A stretch of 64,000 bases of DNA from Eremomyces bilateralis CBS 781.70 (taxonomy: Eukaryota). Positions 9,379 through 22,895 of this stretch are shown here, in pieces. The notes beneath the pieces were generated by a model, which was not told the DNA's origin, did not search any database, and worked only from the letters and a program-made list of their open reading frames with translations. The stretch lies in assembly GCA_010015585.1 (NCBI GenBank), contig ML975155.1, one strand, 5' to 3'. Within the stretch, counting starts at the first letter, position 1. Each line of letters starts with the position of its first letter. The position numbers and the translations under genes were made by a program.

Positions 9379-10296
9379 TTAAGCCCATACATCATTAAAT
9401 TTGCCGTCTGGAGCGGGTAGATTTTTCATGGGAACATAGATGTATACCATCTTGCCTTCCTGGATCTTTGAAGTATTCGTGAAGCCAAAGAGCACTCTCC
9501 CTCCCAAACTTCGCATAGTAATCAAAATAGAGAGCACCCAGAACCACGCCTGTCTCCGTGTCTACGACCCAGCGTCGTCCTTTCACAGGCCAACCGAACA
9601 TTCCTGTGCCCACACCATATCGGCTGGTTGTCTGTACCCCATTCTCGTTCCGGGGACACGATGATCCTGCCAACACACAACTCTCCCAAAGTTTTCCTTG
9701 CAGCCATCGCAATATGTACTTGCAACAAATATGAGTTCATCTCGGGTCAAGGGACGAGGCGATCCAGACGATGCCTTACACGTCCCCGTGTTTGATAGCG
9801 TTTGCAGGTGCGCCTATGGCAGGATCGAAGCCGGCTGGAATCTGTGGAGGGAATCCAGGAGTTTGAGCTTGATCCCAACCGGATTCCGTGGTCCTTGGAA
9901 ATCCGCTCGGTCGGAAGAATTGGTCTCCGTCAACAGCCTGCAGGAACTCGACCTCCGACAGCGCTCCAGAAGCATCTAGTTTGAGTCGTGCACTTAGGAG
10001 TTGATTCGATGCAACACGAAAGGTTGCCACTTGACATTCGTCGGTATCGATTGCATTGATTGCAAAGTCAGTATAGCCTCCCATGGTCGCGAAGGCGGAC
10101 TGGGCCAACGATGGGTTCTGGACATTGTTGGTACTGATCTCGAATTTGCTGTAAACGGCAATCCCTGAATCTGAGCTTGTTTAGCAATTCCAGCCGCCCA
10201 AAACTTGTCTCGAGACACGGTTAGGTTTGCTCTCGAGCATTGCGCTTAAATGAATGAGGGAGTAATGGAGAGCAGTAGGACGTAAAGAGACATCAT
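9379..10296 (-). pseudogene. Disrupted secreted fungal protein gene
   Basis: Signal-like MMSLYVLLLSITPSFI*AQCSR with in-frame TAA at 10246-10248. About 4 single-base frameshifts link segments DTDECQVATF...SARLKL...EVEFL, CPRNENGVQTT, RRWVVDTETGVVLG and LHEYFK/IQEGKM. Confidence 0.7.
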
Positions 10297-11348
10297 GTTC
10301 AACACTGGAGGCGTTTCTTTTCGGACGGGGATGTCCTTCACCGCCGTAGCGGACCTCATCCCTTTATATAACGGTCGACCCCAAACATCGCTGATATTGG
10401 ACTCTGTCGGCTCGTGGAGAAGTGGAGATCGGCGCCAGTATTGATCAAATTTGAGAAAGATAGCCGAGACAGGCATGTTGGATTCAGATCGAAGTGTTTA
10501 GACTCATACTGGATCGATCAGTGGTTCGCGCTATTATGATGTACTTATGAGAGAGCATTCGTGATATATTAACCGGGCTAGATGCTTCACTTTCTGTGTA
10601 GCGATTGGTCCCTGAGACCAATCTGGACCATCTTGTCCATCGTTAGCCGACGGTATATTCGCAGGTAGTGGGACCACGTATGCTATGGGAAAGAGTTACT
10701 CGGAAGTATTTCTTGGGTAGAAGCTAGAAAGAAAGCAACTGTACTCCTGATATCAGCGAAATCCTGCTGAAGACTCGTAGCAACCAACATGAAAACCAGT
10801 CAATGCACCTGCACCCAAATCCTGTCACAGAATATCTATGTTTCTTGGCGTTTCCCCACGGCTTCATTCCGAATTCGATTCTATACCCCTATTCTTTCCC
10901 TTTTTAGGGAAAAGATCACCATTGCAAACCATATAAAATAGCTGCAGGAACAGCCTGTTTTCGTAGGACCCGGCTCTTCAGGATCAAGTTCAATCTATCT
11001 ACGCTCTTTTGGAATCTAACGGGGTTTTCCCACCGTATCGCTGCATTAATCACCTGATTGAGCGAAACCGCTATTTATCTCACAAATCCTAATTCTTAGT
11101 AATACCAAATAAATACTGCACCTAAGTGGTTGCCTGTGGAACAAACTGAGTCTCACCCCCGGCCTGTAGAGTAGAGTAGTTAATCCTATACAAAATCAGG
11201 TTTGTTCGGAGCTAACAAGGCGGCCTGTTGCCTAGGTGCTTAAGTATGGTGTTGCATTTATGCGGGGATAACGATTAAGCACGATTGCTGCTTAAGCTCA
11301 GTTACTGTAGAGTCATAACTAACGCAAATTGGTATTAACGATTCCCAT

Positions 11349-11505
11349 TGTCTAGGAAAAGAGATCTAATAGCTAGTAGCCAGATAAAGATAACTTAAGT
11401 ATATAGGAGAAGACTGAAGAGTCCTGATTAGGCCTAGCCCAGGGGTAGGGGGCAGTGAAAGGAATGTTAGGTGGCAGTAGAAACCAACAGGGGCATCTTG
11501 CGACA
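11349..11505. mobile_element. Possible degenerate solo LTR
   Basis: TGTC...GACA ends, TA-rich interior with TATATA; no target-site duplication found. Confidence 0.25.
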
Positions 11506-12210
11506 TATGGCTGATGTGGCTGATAGGTTGGGGGTAGATTATAGGTATCAGAAAAGGAGTCATATGTGAGCAAGTGTGTTAAAGCAGTGGAGGGGAGAGT
11601 TAAATTATAAATATCTCACGCACAAAGGTGCGAGAGAATTTCCTCTTTTCTTCTCCCTCTTCAGTTTATGGATAGCTTAATGGAACTTGGTACTCGCAGT
11701 CCTTGCGCATCCAGATCGTGTCAGTCTACATTAGAGTAATAGTTACGGGATCTATCATTAGCCTTAGCAAGGTGGTATGCAGATTTAAGGCTGGATAAGA
11801 ACGAATAAGGTCACACCAATTCAGCCGTTGAGTAACAGTATTCAAATTCGGAGTAATTATTCCTGCAGAAGCTGATCATGAATACCTCCGTCAGCCGGAG
11901 ATTAGGAGATAATTTACTCCATTGGGCCGCCGTCCTCAATATTAACATCGCATTGTCTCGAATTAGAACGGTTGCTGGCGCAGCACGCAGTAGACCGACG
12001 CTTTCTAACGTTGAAGACTGCAGCATAATACCAACATGTTCACTAGGTGAGTGGCTTTTAACTGGACTATCAAATGTAGAAGGTTGTGATTTAGGGGCCG
12101 TTCCCTGCAGTGCTTTTGAATAAAGCCATAGGAAATCTGCGAGTAAATCCGAATTTCAATGCTCAGGAATTTGATTTTCATTTGTCCCCTGATCAAAAAT
12201 CATTACCAAG

Positions 12211-12949
12211 ATGTCTTCGAATGTCCTTATTGTCGTTGGCTCTGATCCTGGGATTGGAGCTACGACAGGCTCTATCTTTGCAAAACAGAAATTCAAAAAG
12301 GTGGTACTAATTGCAAGGAATGAAGAGAAACTTGAAAGGACAAGCGGTTTATTCAGGAAAGAGCTGGAGAAAATGTGGAAGTACGAACATACAGCGTGGA
12401 CATCACGCACACCGACGATTTTCTTCGAGTGTTAAGAGATTCGGAATCTCTTGGGCAGATGGAGTGTCTTTTTTACAATCCTGCAAGAGTCGTGCCGAGT
12501 GAGCTTCTCAAATTCCCTAGTGAAGAGGTTCTGTACGATTTCAAGGTATGTAGTCCCTTCGGCTTACTCTAACGGTCCACTAACACAGATAGCTCACCAA
12601 TATCGCCCTCTACGAAGCATGTATCTAGGCGATACCACTGCTTCAACGTCTACCCAAGCAAGAGCCTGCATCCAAGCCATCCATTTTGGTGCCGAACAGT
12701 GACTTATACAAGGATCCAGTCCCGCCTCTCTTGGCCCTGTCGCTCACCAAGACGGCTCAAAGAAGCCTTGTCTTATCACTATCCAAAACCTATGGGAAGG
12801 ATGTTCATATCGCGCTGGTCTCGGCCAACGGGCCTGTGAATTTGACGAATAAGAAGTTGAATCCAAGCTACATCGCGGCTCAAGCTTGGGAGCTGTACAA
12901 CCAGGAGAAGGGACACTGGACAAACGAAATTGAGATTGTGGAAGATTAA
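12211..12949 (+). pseudogene. Short-chain dehydrogenase/reductase pseudogene
   Basis: VVGSDPGIG Rossmann motif, LIARN, FYNPARV, LSLTKTAQR. Frameshift near 12335; intron 12546-12592; in-frame TAG at 12626-12628. Confidence 0.8.
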
Positions 12950-13186
12950 GTCCGGTTTCTCAGTCGTTCGAAGTTTGGAAAATGTCCTACACATCGAAGA
13001 TAGGATTCACAGGTGCACTCCTCCATCTCAAGATTATGTTGATACAAATCCTATGATTTAAGGGTGAAAATTGACACTGTTCATTCTGATTTGTACGCAG
13101 TGTTCCTCAGTCGCAACTGTATGGCTATGATATTCCAAGTGAGCAGCAGATAGATACAAGAATCCTAAGCTTCCAATCGACTATGA

Positions 13187-13871
13187 TCAACAATTACGCC
13201 AGTCCAAGTACAGGAACTGGCGGAAATTATTGGATTGTTTGTCGTTCGTCATCAACGCGTTCCCAGAACCACTCACAGCCACCGATGAGCGAACATTGAG
13301 CAAGACCTCTCCACCGCACGGAGAATAAATACCCATCGGCTCCGTGTTAAAGGCGGTGTAATCTTTATTGAGAGGTCCCCGGAAGACCGTTTTATGCTCG
13401 TTCTAGCGTCGATTAGCGGAATGTTCAAAAATTGGTGGAGGCATGATCTCGTACCTGGTTCTGTTCGCCTGAGAAATAGTAGAGAGTACTGAGAGTGCCC
13501 GTAGTCCCGGGATCCAATGCGACATAACCAAGGTATCCGGTTTGCCAGATACTAAAGCTGTATCCAGCAGGAATGTCGAGAGCGATATTCAGTTGGCAGA
13601 ATTTGCGCCTCTCGGTAGTCGGGGCATCACCCCCAGTGTAAGCAACAAAATCATCGAAGATGAGAGGAATGATGCCTTGATCATCGGACAATTGCCAATC
13701 GAGGGAGCCTTGTGGACAACCGTTTCCGCCATAGGTGATGGATCGAATCCGAACGGCACCACGCGGAGGAGGAGCCGATCGCGTAGCATGCGTGATACGG
13801 AAATCAGAAGGAAGCGCAGAGACTAAAGACAGTCCGCTCGCTAGGAGTGAAATGATGGAGGAAGAACGCAT
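13187..13871 (-). CDS. Secreted DUF4360 family protein, intron 13403-13454
   Basis: Signal peptide MRSSSIISLLASGLSLVSA; YGGNGCPQGS, FDDFVA, RKFCQLNI, YYFSG; second exon YSPCG...LDWRNC*. Confidence 0.85.
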
Positions 13872-16800
13872 GGTGAAATGTATTGTCAACAACCTTAGAG
13901 ATTTCCAGAATTTGAAAGACAGACCAGTCTTGATATGAAGAATCTGATGAACACAACTGGGAAAGGCTTGCACTTAATAGAAGTCAGTATACCCCTCAAT
14001 GCATACGCAAGTGTGATCTCAGGAGATGGGACGACCCAGGTTCAGTAGCCTCGGCGGAGGAACAAGTTGATATTACTGCTATTTTTACGGCGAAGCGTAA
14101 CGATTTGATAGCGGTGGCTTGATCGGCTTCCCTGACTGGATGGAACCTTGTGACCACGTTCTGGGCGTACTATGTGTCGCAAGCTTGCGGCCGAACCGTG
14201 AAGGTGAAGGGTTTGTGGACGGTAGTGTGGACGATGGGCAAGGTTCATCGATATCTTCCGGAGAAGCCAAGATATTCAATTAGAAATTGCCGACCCAGAA
14301 CCTGGCCAGAACAAAGAAGCCACTATCGAAATGATTAAATTGGGAGCCGAAGGGCTTGAGGCTGGAAAGACTTAGTGGCAACAGTGTGAGTTGCCTGTCA
14401 ATAGGCGGCAGTTGTTTCTCGTGACAAATGATGCACGGGAACCAGACATTTGATGATGGCAAAGCATACCGTCATCTTCAAGGACCCTCGCGTCAATCAT
14501 TTCGTAGAATGGTCTCGCCATCTCTTGACTTGGAGAAGATTTGCGCGAACGATGTATGTCTAGGATGATCCTCGATTGGATCCATTGCACAGACATTGAA
14601 TGCAATGACACTGACAATCATAGTTCTTGAAAAATATGGTGCTTAGCCCGGCTTTTGGCGGTAGTCAATATATTCCAGGCTCGGGACGGCACCCAAATTG
14701 CAGACGCGCATGCAGTGGCTCAATAACTGGTTAACGTTTAGACTTCGTAGCAGTTGACAGCTGATATTTTATCGAGTGTGGATGCAGGAGGGAAAATAAA
14801 TTGACTGAAACCAAGGCTAATGTCCAGGTGGTGGTTGGGCGCGGTGGTTGGGAGAGAATATATGAAAGACCAATCTATGTCAAATTAAACTCGTTGCCCC
14901 TGTGCCTGCATGACGCAACAACGGTAGGATGCGGATTCTACCGAGGGGTTTCCATCTCCTTAACATATCTCCGAGACTTCCTAGTCGAGGATCAAAAGTC
15001 GAAACAGGATAACCCTCCTTGAAAATTTCCACTTCATGTGGTTAATACATGCAGGGCAAAGAGCAGCAGGCTATCTTTAACAGGCCAATCGACGGACCTG
15101 TGCATGACATTCTCACCGCGGATGAACCGGATGTGCAATAACGGTAAATTCAGAGGCGTAACTGAAACCGGGAACTGGACAGTGATAGTATCTTAATTCA
15201 GGACCCGACATGCTGTGGGAGAGTTGGAGATGAGTTACATGGCATGAGCTGAGGAGAAAAGTGGTCCTTCATGAGCATTCAGCAAGCATATCTCGTGTAG
15301 CTCATCCACTTATCGAACGGGCGAAGGGTTAATAAAAGCCAGAGATCATTTTCTGGCCCCGACGAATTCCTTCTTGATTTGATCCGCACAAGGACTGTTG
15401 AACAAGGACTGTCGCTCACTGTCGCAGGCCAAGGCATGAGCTCTAGGAGTCCAAGGCTACAAACTGCATTAATAATCTTGCCGTGACTCTCGTATATCTG
15501 TAGGGCCGGGGGACCAGGCATTCAGCTAGAACACACAATTTACACAGAACTTACACCCAACACACACAATACAACAACTTCGCTGCTGTAACAATAGCAC
15601 CTCACTCCTAACCATTTTAGCACATCACGTGCGACAATAACTTAATATACACTCCGCGCCATGAAGCATTTAAATACCAAATTTCCACCAGCAGCACTAT
15701 TATTCATCTCGAAATCAACATCGCCAGGTAGGATGAACTATATATGCTGTAGGTGAGACATAGGATCCAAATTGCAATGCTCCTCATTGAAGCGAGTCGT
15801 CATGTAAAAAGAATGGGTTCAACTTGCAGAGAGGCAGTCAGCCAGTATCATACCGGGACAGTACGGCTAGACTCCTTAAGAAAAACTAGCCACTCGTCTT
15901 CCAGGTCGTTGATGCTCAGGTTGGCGGACGGCTAGCAGCTGGATATTGGGTTAGAGGAACCATCGGATCCCAATCCAAAACGCCCTTCCTCGTGAAGTCT
16001 ACCCTTGCATGTACTAAAAGGTAGTTGCAAATGCAGTAAGATCTGTTAATTCGCTTCCTCGTACCTGACTTCGACAGAAGGTCCAGTCGTGGACTTTACT
16101 GGGCTTACAACCAACGGATAGAAGATGGTGGTAGTATTCCGTCTCCCTGGCCAGAAATCGGCGCAATTGACCACACTTTCAGACATCGCAGCTGAAGTGA
16201 ATCTTGAAAAGCATCCAAATCCAAGATACATTTATACAAAGGGGCAGATTTCGAGCGCAGAGGACGAAGTAGCCAGCAAAGCACTACGCAAGCAAAAAGT
16301 TTCCCGAAAGAGCCGCGTGAAGCCCATGGGCGTAGCGAACCGTTTCCTCGGCTACTGATAGACTCCATGATGGCATTCTTGGTGGATTACTTGGGCCAGT
16401 TGGTAGCAAGCAGGCAAATCGGACCAGGAGAACTAGGCCAAACTTGTGAGAAATGGGATCACATCGCTATTGATACGAGCCAAGCAAAGGGGTGCTTGGT
16501 TTCGATCCTATCCTTCCTGAAAAGACAATCGTAGACTTATGGACTGAGATAAATAACCTCGACATATCGTACGGATAACCTTGAAACAATTTGACTTGAA
16601 TGATGCGCAAGTTTCAATAAGGAGTACCGAAGACATAACATCGCCTTGCAAGCAGACCCAATTTGATAGTAATTAGTGCTAGGTCCAATTTTGGCATCGT
16701 CCTTATCGCAGGCGAGGCCGGTACAGACATACTCACGATGAATAGTGAAGAGTATCGACAGATGGTATTATTGTGCCGTTGCGCCGGTCTTGAGGACGGA

Positions 16801-16997
16801 CGCGTAAGAACAAGATTCAATATAGAATGTCCGGTTCATCCACTGGCCATGTCACGAGCGGTGGGGAAAGACTTAACGATAATGAAGTGAGAGTGAGCTG
16901 ATAGAGTGAACTTCTGGATGTCCTGTTGAGAAAGGCATAATCATGCCCATAGCGGGGACAAAACATTGGGTATAGTCTGGTTCCAGGAGTTATAATA

Positions 16998-19900
16998 TCA
17001 AACAAGGCCAATACTGGACTGGATGACCTTGTAATCTTTCCGCTTCTTTTGCTTCGTGGGCATCAACTCTCCCTTCATCTTCCCTATCCACCTCGCCAGA
17101 AGGGGGAACGCCCAATTCTCCGACCCATACGCAACCATAAAACCTCCAATCCCCAGAACTAGCAAGAATAACTTGAACCCCCAGCTCATGTAAGTGAACT
17201 TCATATACTTGACGACCCAGTGCGCCGGAATGAACAGGATATACGCCGAAACAAGCAGCACGAGAGCAATGTATGCGACAAATGGGACATTGCGCCACAT
17301 GCGCTCTCGGAATGGCGGACCGACACTCAGCACGATGGCCGCAAGGATGTACTGGAAACAACTTACGGCAAACAGCGCAGAGTTTTCGGAATTCTTCAAG
17401 TTTTTGTTGGAGCTGTTTGGCTTGATGTGCCTGTTGGGCGGTTTATACCACGGTTGTTCGCGGACTGCCCCGTATGCGATGGCTTGGATGGCGATAACAA
17501 TAAGAATCTGGCCGATGAGCGGGACCAGGACTTTGCGAGAGACGAGGGAAGCGGTGGGACGTTTTCGTGAAAGGTGTTGATATGGGCCAGACCAGCCCAC
17601 TGTATCTTATCAGCTTCTAATCATGAATGGAGTAGGTGACTTACTGAGGATGGCGATTGGAATAATAAGAAGTAGGTCGATGAAGAGAAATTGGCCATCG
17701 CTTAAGTTAGAGGCAGATGCATAGAGGAAGCTGACAGTCGTAAACTGGATGGCAGAGTATAGGCTCATATACTTGAAGCAGCTGAAACTAGTCACCAACG
17801 CTGCTCGTCCTTCCCTGGAACATATTAGTCCAGCAGTCCCGAAGCAGAGATATCATGCCTACCGAATCACTTCCGGGACGCATCGAATATCGAAGACACG
17901 ACTTGTGAAAGGTGCTGCGACGCTGGCCTCTGCTTCAGAAAGACTGACGCCCACATCCGCAGCCTTCAATGCACCACAGTCATTAGCACCATCCCCGCAG
18001 AATCCTACGGTATAGTCCAAGGTCTGAAGTTTCTCCACCAATTCGTGCTTCTGATCCGGACTCATACGTGCAAAAACCTGCCCCAACACCAACATTGCCT
18101 TGAGAAGTCGGTCATTTGCAAAGGAGACAATCCATGTGAAAACATCGCCGGTCACTGCGATGGAGTAATGTCGCGGGGCGCCACTGTACGGATTTGCTAG
18201 ATCGCGGGACTCCGCATCTGGTGGAACCGGCTGCAATGTATGCTCGTCGAGAGACCAACCACTACCATCGATGCTGCGCCATTCGAGCTTGCTGAGAGGT
18301 TCGGTAGGACCGCCTTCAACGAAGTGAGGGACAAACACTGGCGAAGTACGATCTACCAGTCCACACTCCTGCGCAACGCTGATGGCAGTGAGGATGTTAT
18401 CTCCTGTGCACATGGTCGTCCGGATGTTGGCTAGTCCAAGCTCTCGGAGAACTGGGGTGGTCTGTGGCTTCAATTTGTTCTCAAAGATGATGAAACCGAG
18501 GAAGTCAAGGTCGGATTCGGCCTCCGCGCGACTCATCTTCTGAACTTTGATCCATCGAAGCTTCCGTAGCCTTTTCGTAGCGAGAGCGATCACACGAAAC
18601 CCGCTGTAAGTGTAGTGGGCCAGCAGCTCCTCGTAGTTTGGTGGAAACGACTCCTTTTTACAGATATCGCTCATACATTCCGGCGCACCTTTCACATATA
18701 CTGCGGCCTCTGCCTTACCGAACTGTCGAACAACAACGCTGGCGCGTCGGAGGTGGCTGACAAATTCAAAGGTTTTGAGGACACCAATCTCGGGATCGTC
18801 CGTGGTCCGGTTGTCCAGATCTGACACGCTTGACGATTTCGGAGGTCGAGCAACGTTGGGAGAGATGCTCATGCTAGCCGCTTGCTCGTCCTCATCCCGC
18901 AAGTTTGGCTGCCCATCACCACGCTGTTGGTCGCCTTCCTCGAACTCCCATCCCGTGAAATCGAACATTTTCACATCGAGTGGGTCACCCACCAGTTCAT
19001 CGTCAACCACTCGCAGACTATGGCAAGTCGCCATGGTATACAATATCGCTCGGTTGACGTCATAATCGACATTTGGATCGGTTTGTCGTCTCCTGGGAAG
19101 AATCTCCTTGGCGCTGGTAAGAAGGTCACTGAACGTTTGGGCATGAGGAACAACGGCCCGAACGCCCATGACATCGAGCCCCTCTTCCGTCAGAGTGCCT
19201 GTTTTGTCGAAGCACATGATGTCGAGTCGTCCTCCAACGTTGATCCGTTGCGGGGAGATGCAAAAGATTTGCTTTTTCTTCAGTCTCCCAAGAGCGAATT
19301 GAGTGCCGATGGTTAGCGTCGCTGGAAGCGCCGGGGGGACGACAATAGTGATGAGATCGAGAGCCCGAACGAAGATGAAATCCCACTTCATGCCCAACTG
19401 GATGAAGTTGGCGAACGAAGCCACGAATCCCACGCCTGCGATGCCTGCCATGACGGATATGTACCGGAAGGAATCTCGGTAAAATTTGAAGCCAGACGGC
19501 TTGGGGAAAAGCATGGATCGGACCAGGGCTCCTTTAGTCGTATTGAATCCTGTTCGAACGACCAATGCAAGCGCAGCGGCCTCGGACTCGGACGCATCGA
19601 CCGCATTATCGTGCTGCGGTCTTCTAGCTCGAATGATTTTGGTTCCGGCAAACAACACGTGCCTTGCAACCTCTGCCGGCAAGGTTGATGCGCTCAGGTT
19701 GAGTACTTCCAAAGTTTGGTCGATAGCGGGGACTTTCGTGACCGGCACGGATTCCCCCGTCAGCATACTTTCGTTGACGATGCAATCGCCGCTCAGTAGA
19801 AGGCTGTCGCACGGCAACTGTGGTAGGTTCGGATCGCTAACCTCGTAGACATCCCCTGGTACAAGGTCTCGGCTACCTTCATATCGCCAAAACCCGTTTC

Positions 19901-21257
19901 GGAGCACTCGAACGTCGCATTCGAACCGGGAGACCTCTCGCAACCTGCGCATCGTCGCCTTTGTCTCCACCAGTTCGCTGACAATTCCGCCGACGGAAAT
20001 GAGGAAAATGCAGATAGCATACTGGTAATACTCATCGTATGACCAGAGACTCAGACTGGCGACCTGAAATATATAAAATGGATGGAGCACTCCGTCCACG
20101 AGTAGCTGACCCACGCTCTTCTCTTCGACATCAATCAAGTTCTCGCCGAAGACTAAATCTCGGCTTCCTTTTTGTTCGTGATCGAGACCTTGTCGGACGG
20201 CCTGAACGTCGTTCCAAGCCGGGTCTCTCCATGTATTCCCCTGTACGAATTTGTCTATTAATGGGTGATAGCAGAATCGAATGTATCGGTAGTCCAACGT
20301 GACCAATTGCTTGACCACTGTCTCGTCTATTTCGTCGTATTCGCCTGGCCCAGGTCCCCTCCCGAGCTTCTCTCCCGACGGACCGAAGATGGAGGAAAGA
20401 CTCAAGTCGTACTCGGACTTTCGTAGCTCGTTGATCGCGACTTCCCCCCACTGGTTCTCAATGACCACCCATTCTGCCTCTCCTAATGGAGCTGCTTTGC
20501 CGATCATCCATATCCTCCAGCCGGGCATCCATCGGAAAGCAAGGTAGGCCACGCCGGCGGTCAAGACGCAGATAGCCATGTATATAGCAAAACCAACCTG
20601 CGATGTGGTGAACCCAGCAATAACAATGGTAAGATCTTCGGTTCGAAGGTAGGTCTTCTGGGTGGTTCGTGTGGGGCGTCCGCCATATGCCGAGCCCATA
20701 CTCGATATTGACGACCGCCTTCTAGTGCCTAGCAACGGTGCTCCAGCACTCCCTCGCGAATACTCCGAGCTCTTTCGCCGTAAACGTGACGGTGGCCTGC
20801 CTCCATGCTCCAAATCCATATCCGCTTCAGCATATCCATCGGCAACCGCCTCCGCACTCTCCATTTCACTTCGCAACCTCCCCAGCTCGTCCATCAACGA
20901 CGTTTGGTCATCCTGTCCCTCCTCATCGACTTCCTCGTCTTCCTCCACCTCATCCTCCGGGAAGAATGTGAAGCTCGTCCGGCTTTCCGACCGCGGCCTC
21001 CCCCTCCTTACGAACGACGACACGCTCGTCGGTACCGACTCCGCTAGTGGGCCCGAGAACATCTCGTCCGTTGCCATCTCCACATCGCTCATGAAACTCG
21101 CCTCGCTCAGATTGCTCCCGCGCCGTGAGAATCCCGCCCGCGAGCCAATCGGCACCGTAATGTTGAGGTCTTCATGGTCTTCGAGAACGACGGAGCTCGG
21201 CCTCCGCCGGTGCGAGCCGGTTTTCCTGTAACGCTGCCGGTCGTCGTGTCCATCCAT
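16998..21257 (-). CDS. YPK9: P5B-type ATPase (Ypk9/ATP13A2-like), 2 introns near 3' end
   Basis: [42 protein letters not shown] marks P5B. Confidence 0.95.
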
Positions 21258-22179
21258 GGTTAGGTAGCGACATGAACCGACCGAGTTGATGGGTTATCGT
21301 GTGAAGGGAGCGTTGGGTTGAGTGTGGGGCGGATCACACGGGGTCATTGTGTATCGGCATCCGGAGGAGCTGGAGAAGTTGGAGAATGAGGAAAGACGAA
21401 CGCGAATGAGGACGGAAAGACACGACCTCTCAAGAAAAGCCCGGTGTTTGGTGGTGTTCATGAAATGACCTTAAGTAGGTGACTTTGATTGGTCGTCATG
21501 GCATCTTTGAGATACACAATTGCTCGACTGGTCTCTGTCGTTGTCTGGACATCGGGCCGATCGATGTGAGCCGAGTTATGGGCACCGAAATTTTGGATTC
21601 GTGTGGTTGGATAATCCCTTAGTGGTAGTCAGGTTTATGTTTGATTGAGAATGGCATAGTTCTTGGAGAGACTTCAGGTTAGACGAACTGCTGGATTATT
21701 ACTCGACGGCTTTCCTCGCAGCCGTGCGGGGGCTTGATCACCCAGAGAACATATCAATGCATAGCAATATCAACTCCATACACGGATAGGATTCAAGGAT
21801 GTCAGAATCTGGCAATTTAGGGATATGTAGTCCTGCGTGGAATACCCGTCGCATATCAGGTATCAAGGGTCAACAATTTGCCGGATAATCATCATTGAAT
21901 TGACTCTTGTCCGGACTACGTATGGATCATGATTTACAAATCGGATGTCGGAAGAACCACCGTGATTTTTATGCAAAGCATCTTGTCCATAAAAGACCCT
22001 TTTCGCCGCGTATGATGAAGATTCGCCAGCACGGCTGCTCCGCTGATATGATTCCGGACGCGAGCCATAAATCTGACGAAGGAAGACGTGAAAATTCGTG
22101 GGGAACGAGGAGTTTCACTCGGTCGAACCACTCCTCCACTTTCCCCACCTGCTTACTCCGACCAGCCATGATTCGCTCC

Positions 22180-22895
22180 TTATATCGATGAAGGGTACAG
22201 CATCACTCGCACGCTCGCTCCGAAAGATCGTGCGGGCAGGTTGCGCCTGAACTGTGCTCGGACAACACCTCGGTTGCCTGGATGTCGGTCAGTATGCGTC
22301 CAGTTCCATCGGTCTCTGGGATCCACGCACCATGCGGCCTGGTGACCTTTCCCCATATCACTCGGATCTTGGATCCTCGGATCTCCTTCTTCGCGCGGTA
22401 GACATAGGCGATCTTCTTGCCCAGGTAGAAACTGCACACTGTTAGTGAGGTACCGAACAGATGCCACATGGGTCTCTTACGTCGCAGCCTTGGTATCGTC
22501 AACACCCTCGAGCTTGATCAAGCTTCAATGCAGTCAGTCGCCGCTCATCCCAATGCAGTTCCATCGCTCACCTGGTGTTGGGATTCGTGTTGCGCTTTCC
22601 GCGCTGGTAGCTGACGTGCTTGCCCCTACAATGGCCATGTTAGCAAGGCCGTTCGGATCATGATAGATGGTCGTGCATGTCGAATCGAGAGGCCGATTGT
22701 CGCGGAGCCGTGTTGATGTGGAGTCGTCGACGGGACTTACTTGACGTATACTGTACGCGAATAATGCTGTCAGTCATCATGCATGCGATATTCGAAGGGG
22801 TCAAAGCCATTGCATCGGCGCATGTGGAATTCGATATGCAGCTATCGCGAGTCGGAGAGAGGCAACTTACATCTGTGGCCTGATTCTGAAGGCAT
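22180..22895 (-). CDS. RPL33: 60S ribosomal protein eL33 (L35a), 6 exons
   Basis: Spliced: [55 protein letters not shown]...RVMLYPSSI*. Confidence 0.95.

Noticed and set aside
11610..11641. Hairpin (tctcacgcac-aaag-gtgcgagaga) as a Helitron 3' end
   Set aside because: No following CTRR and no Rep/Hel sequence.
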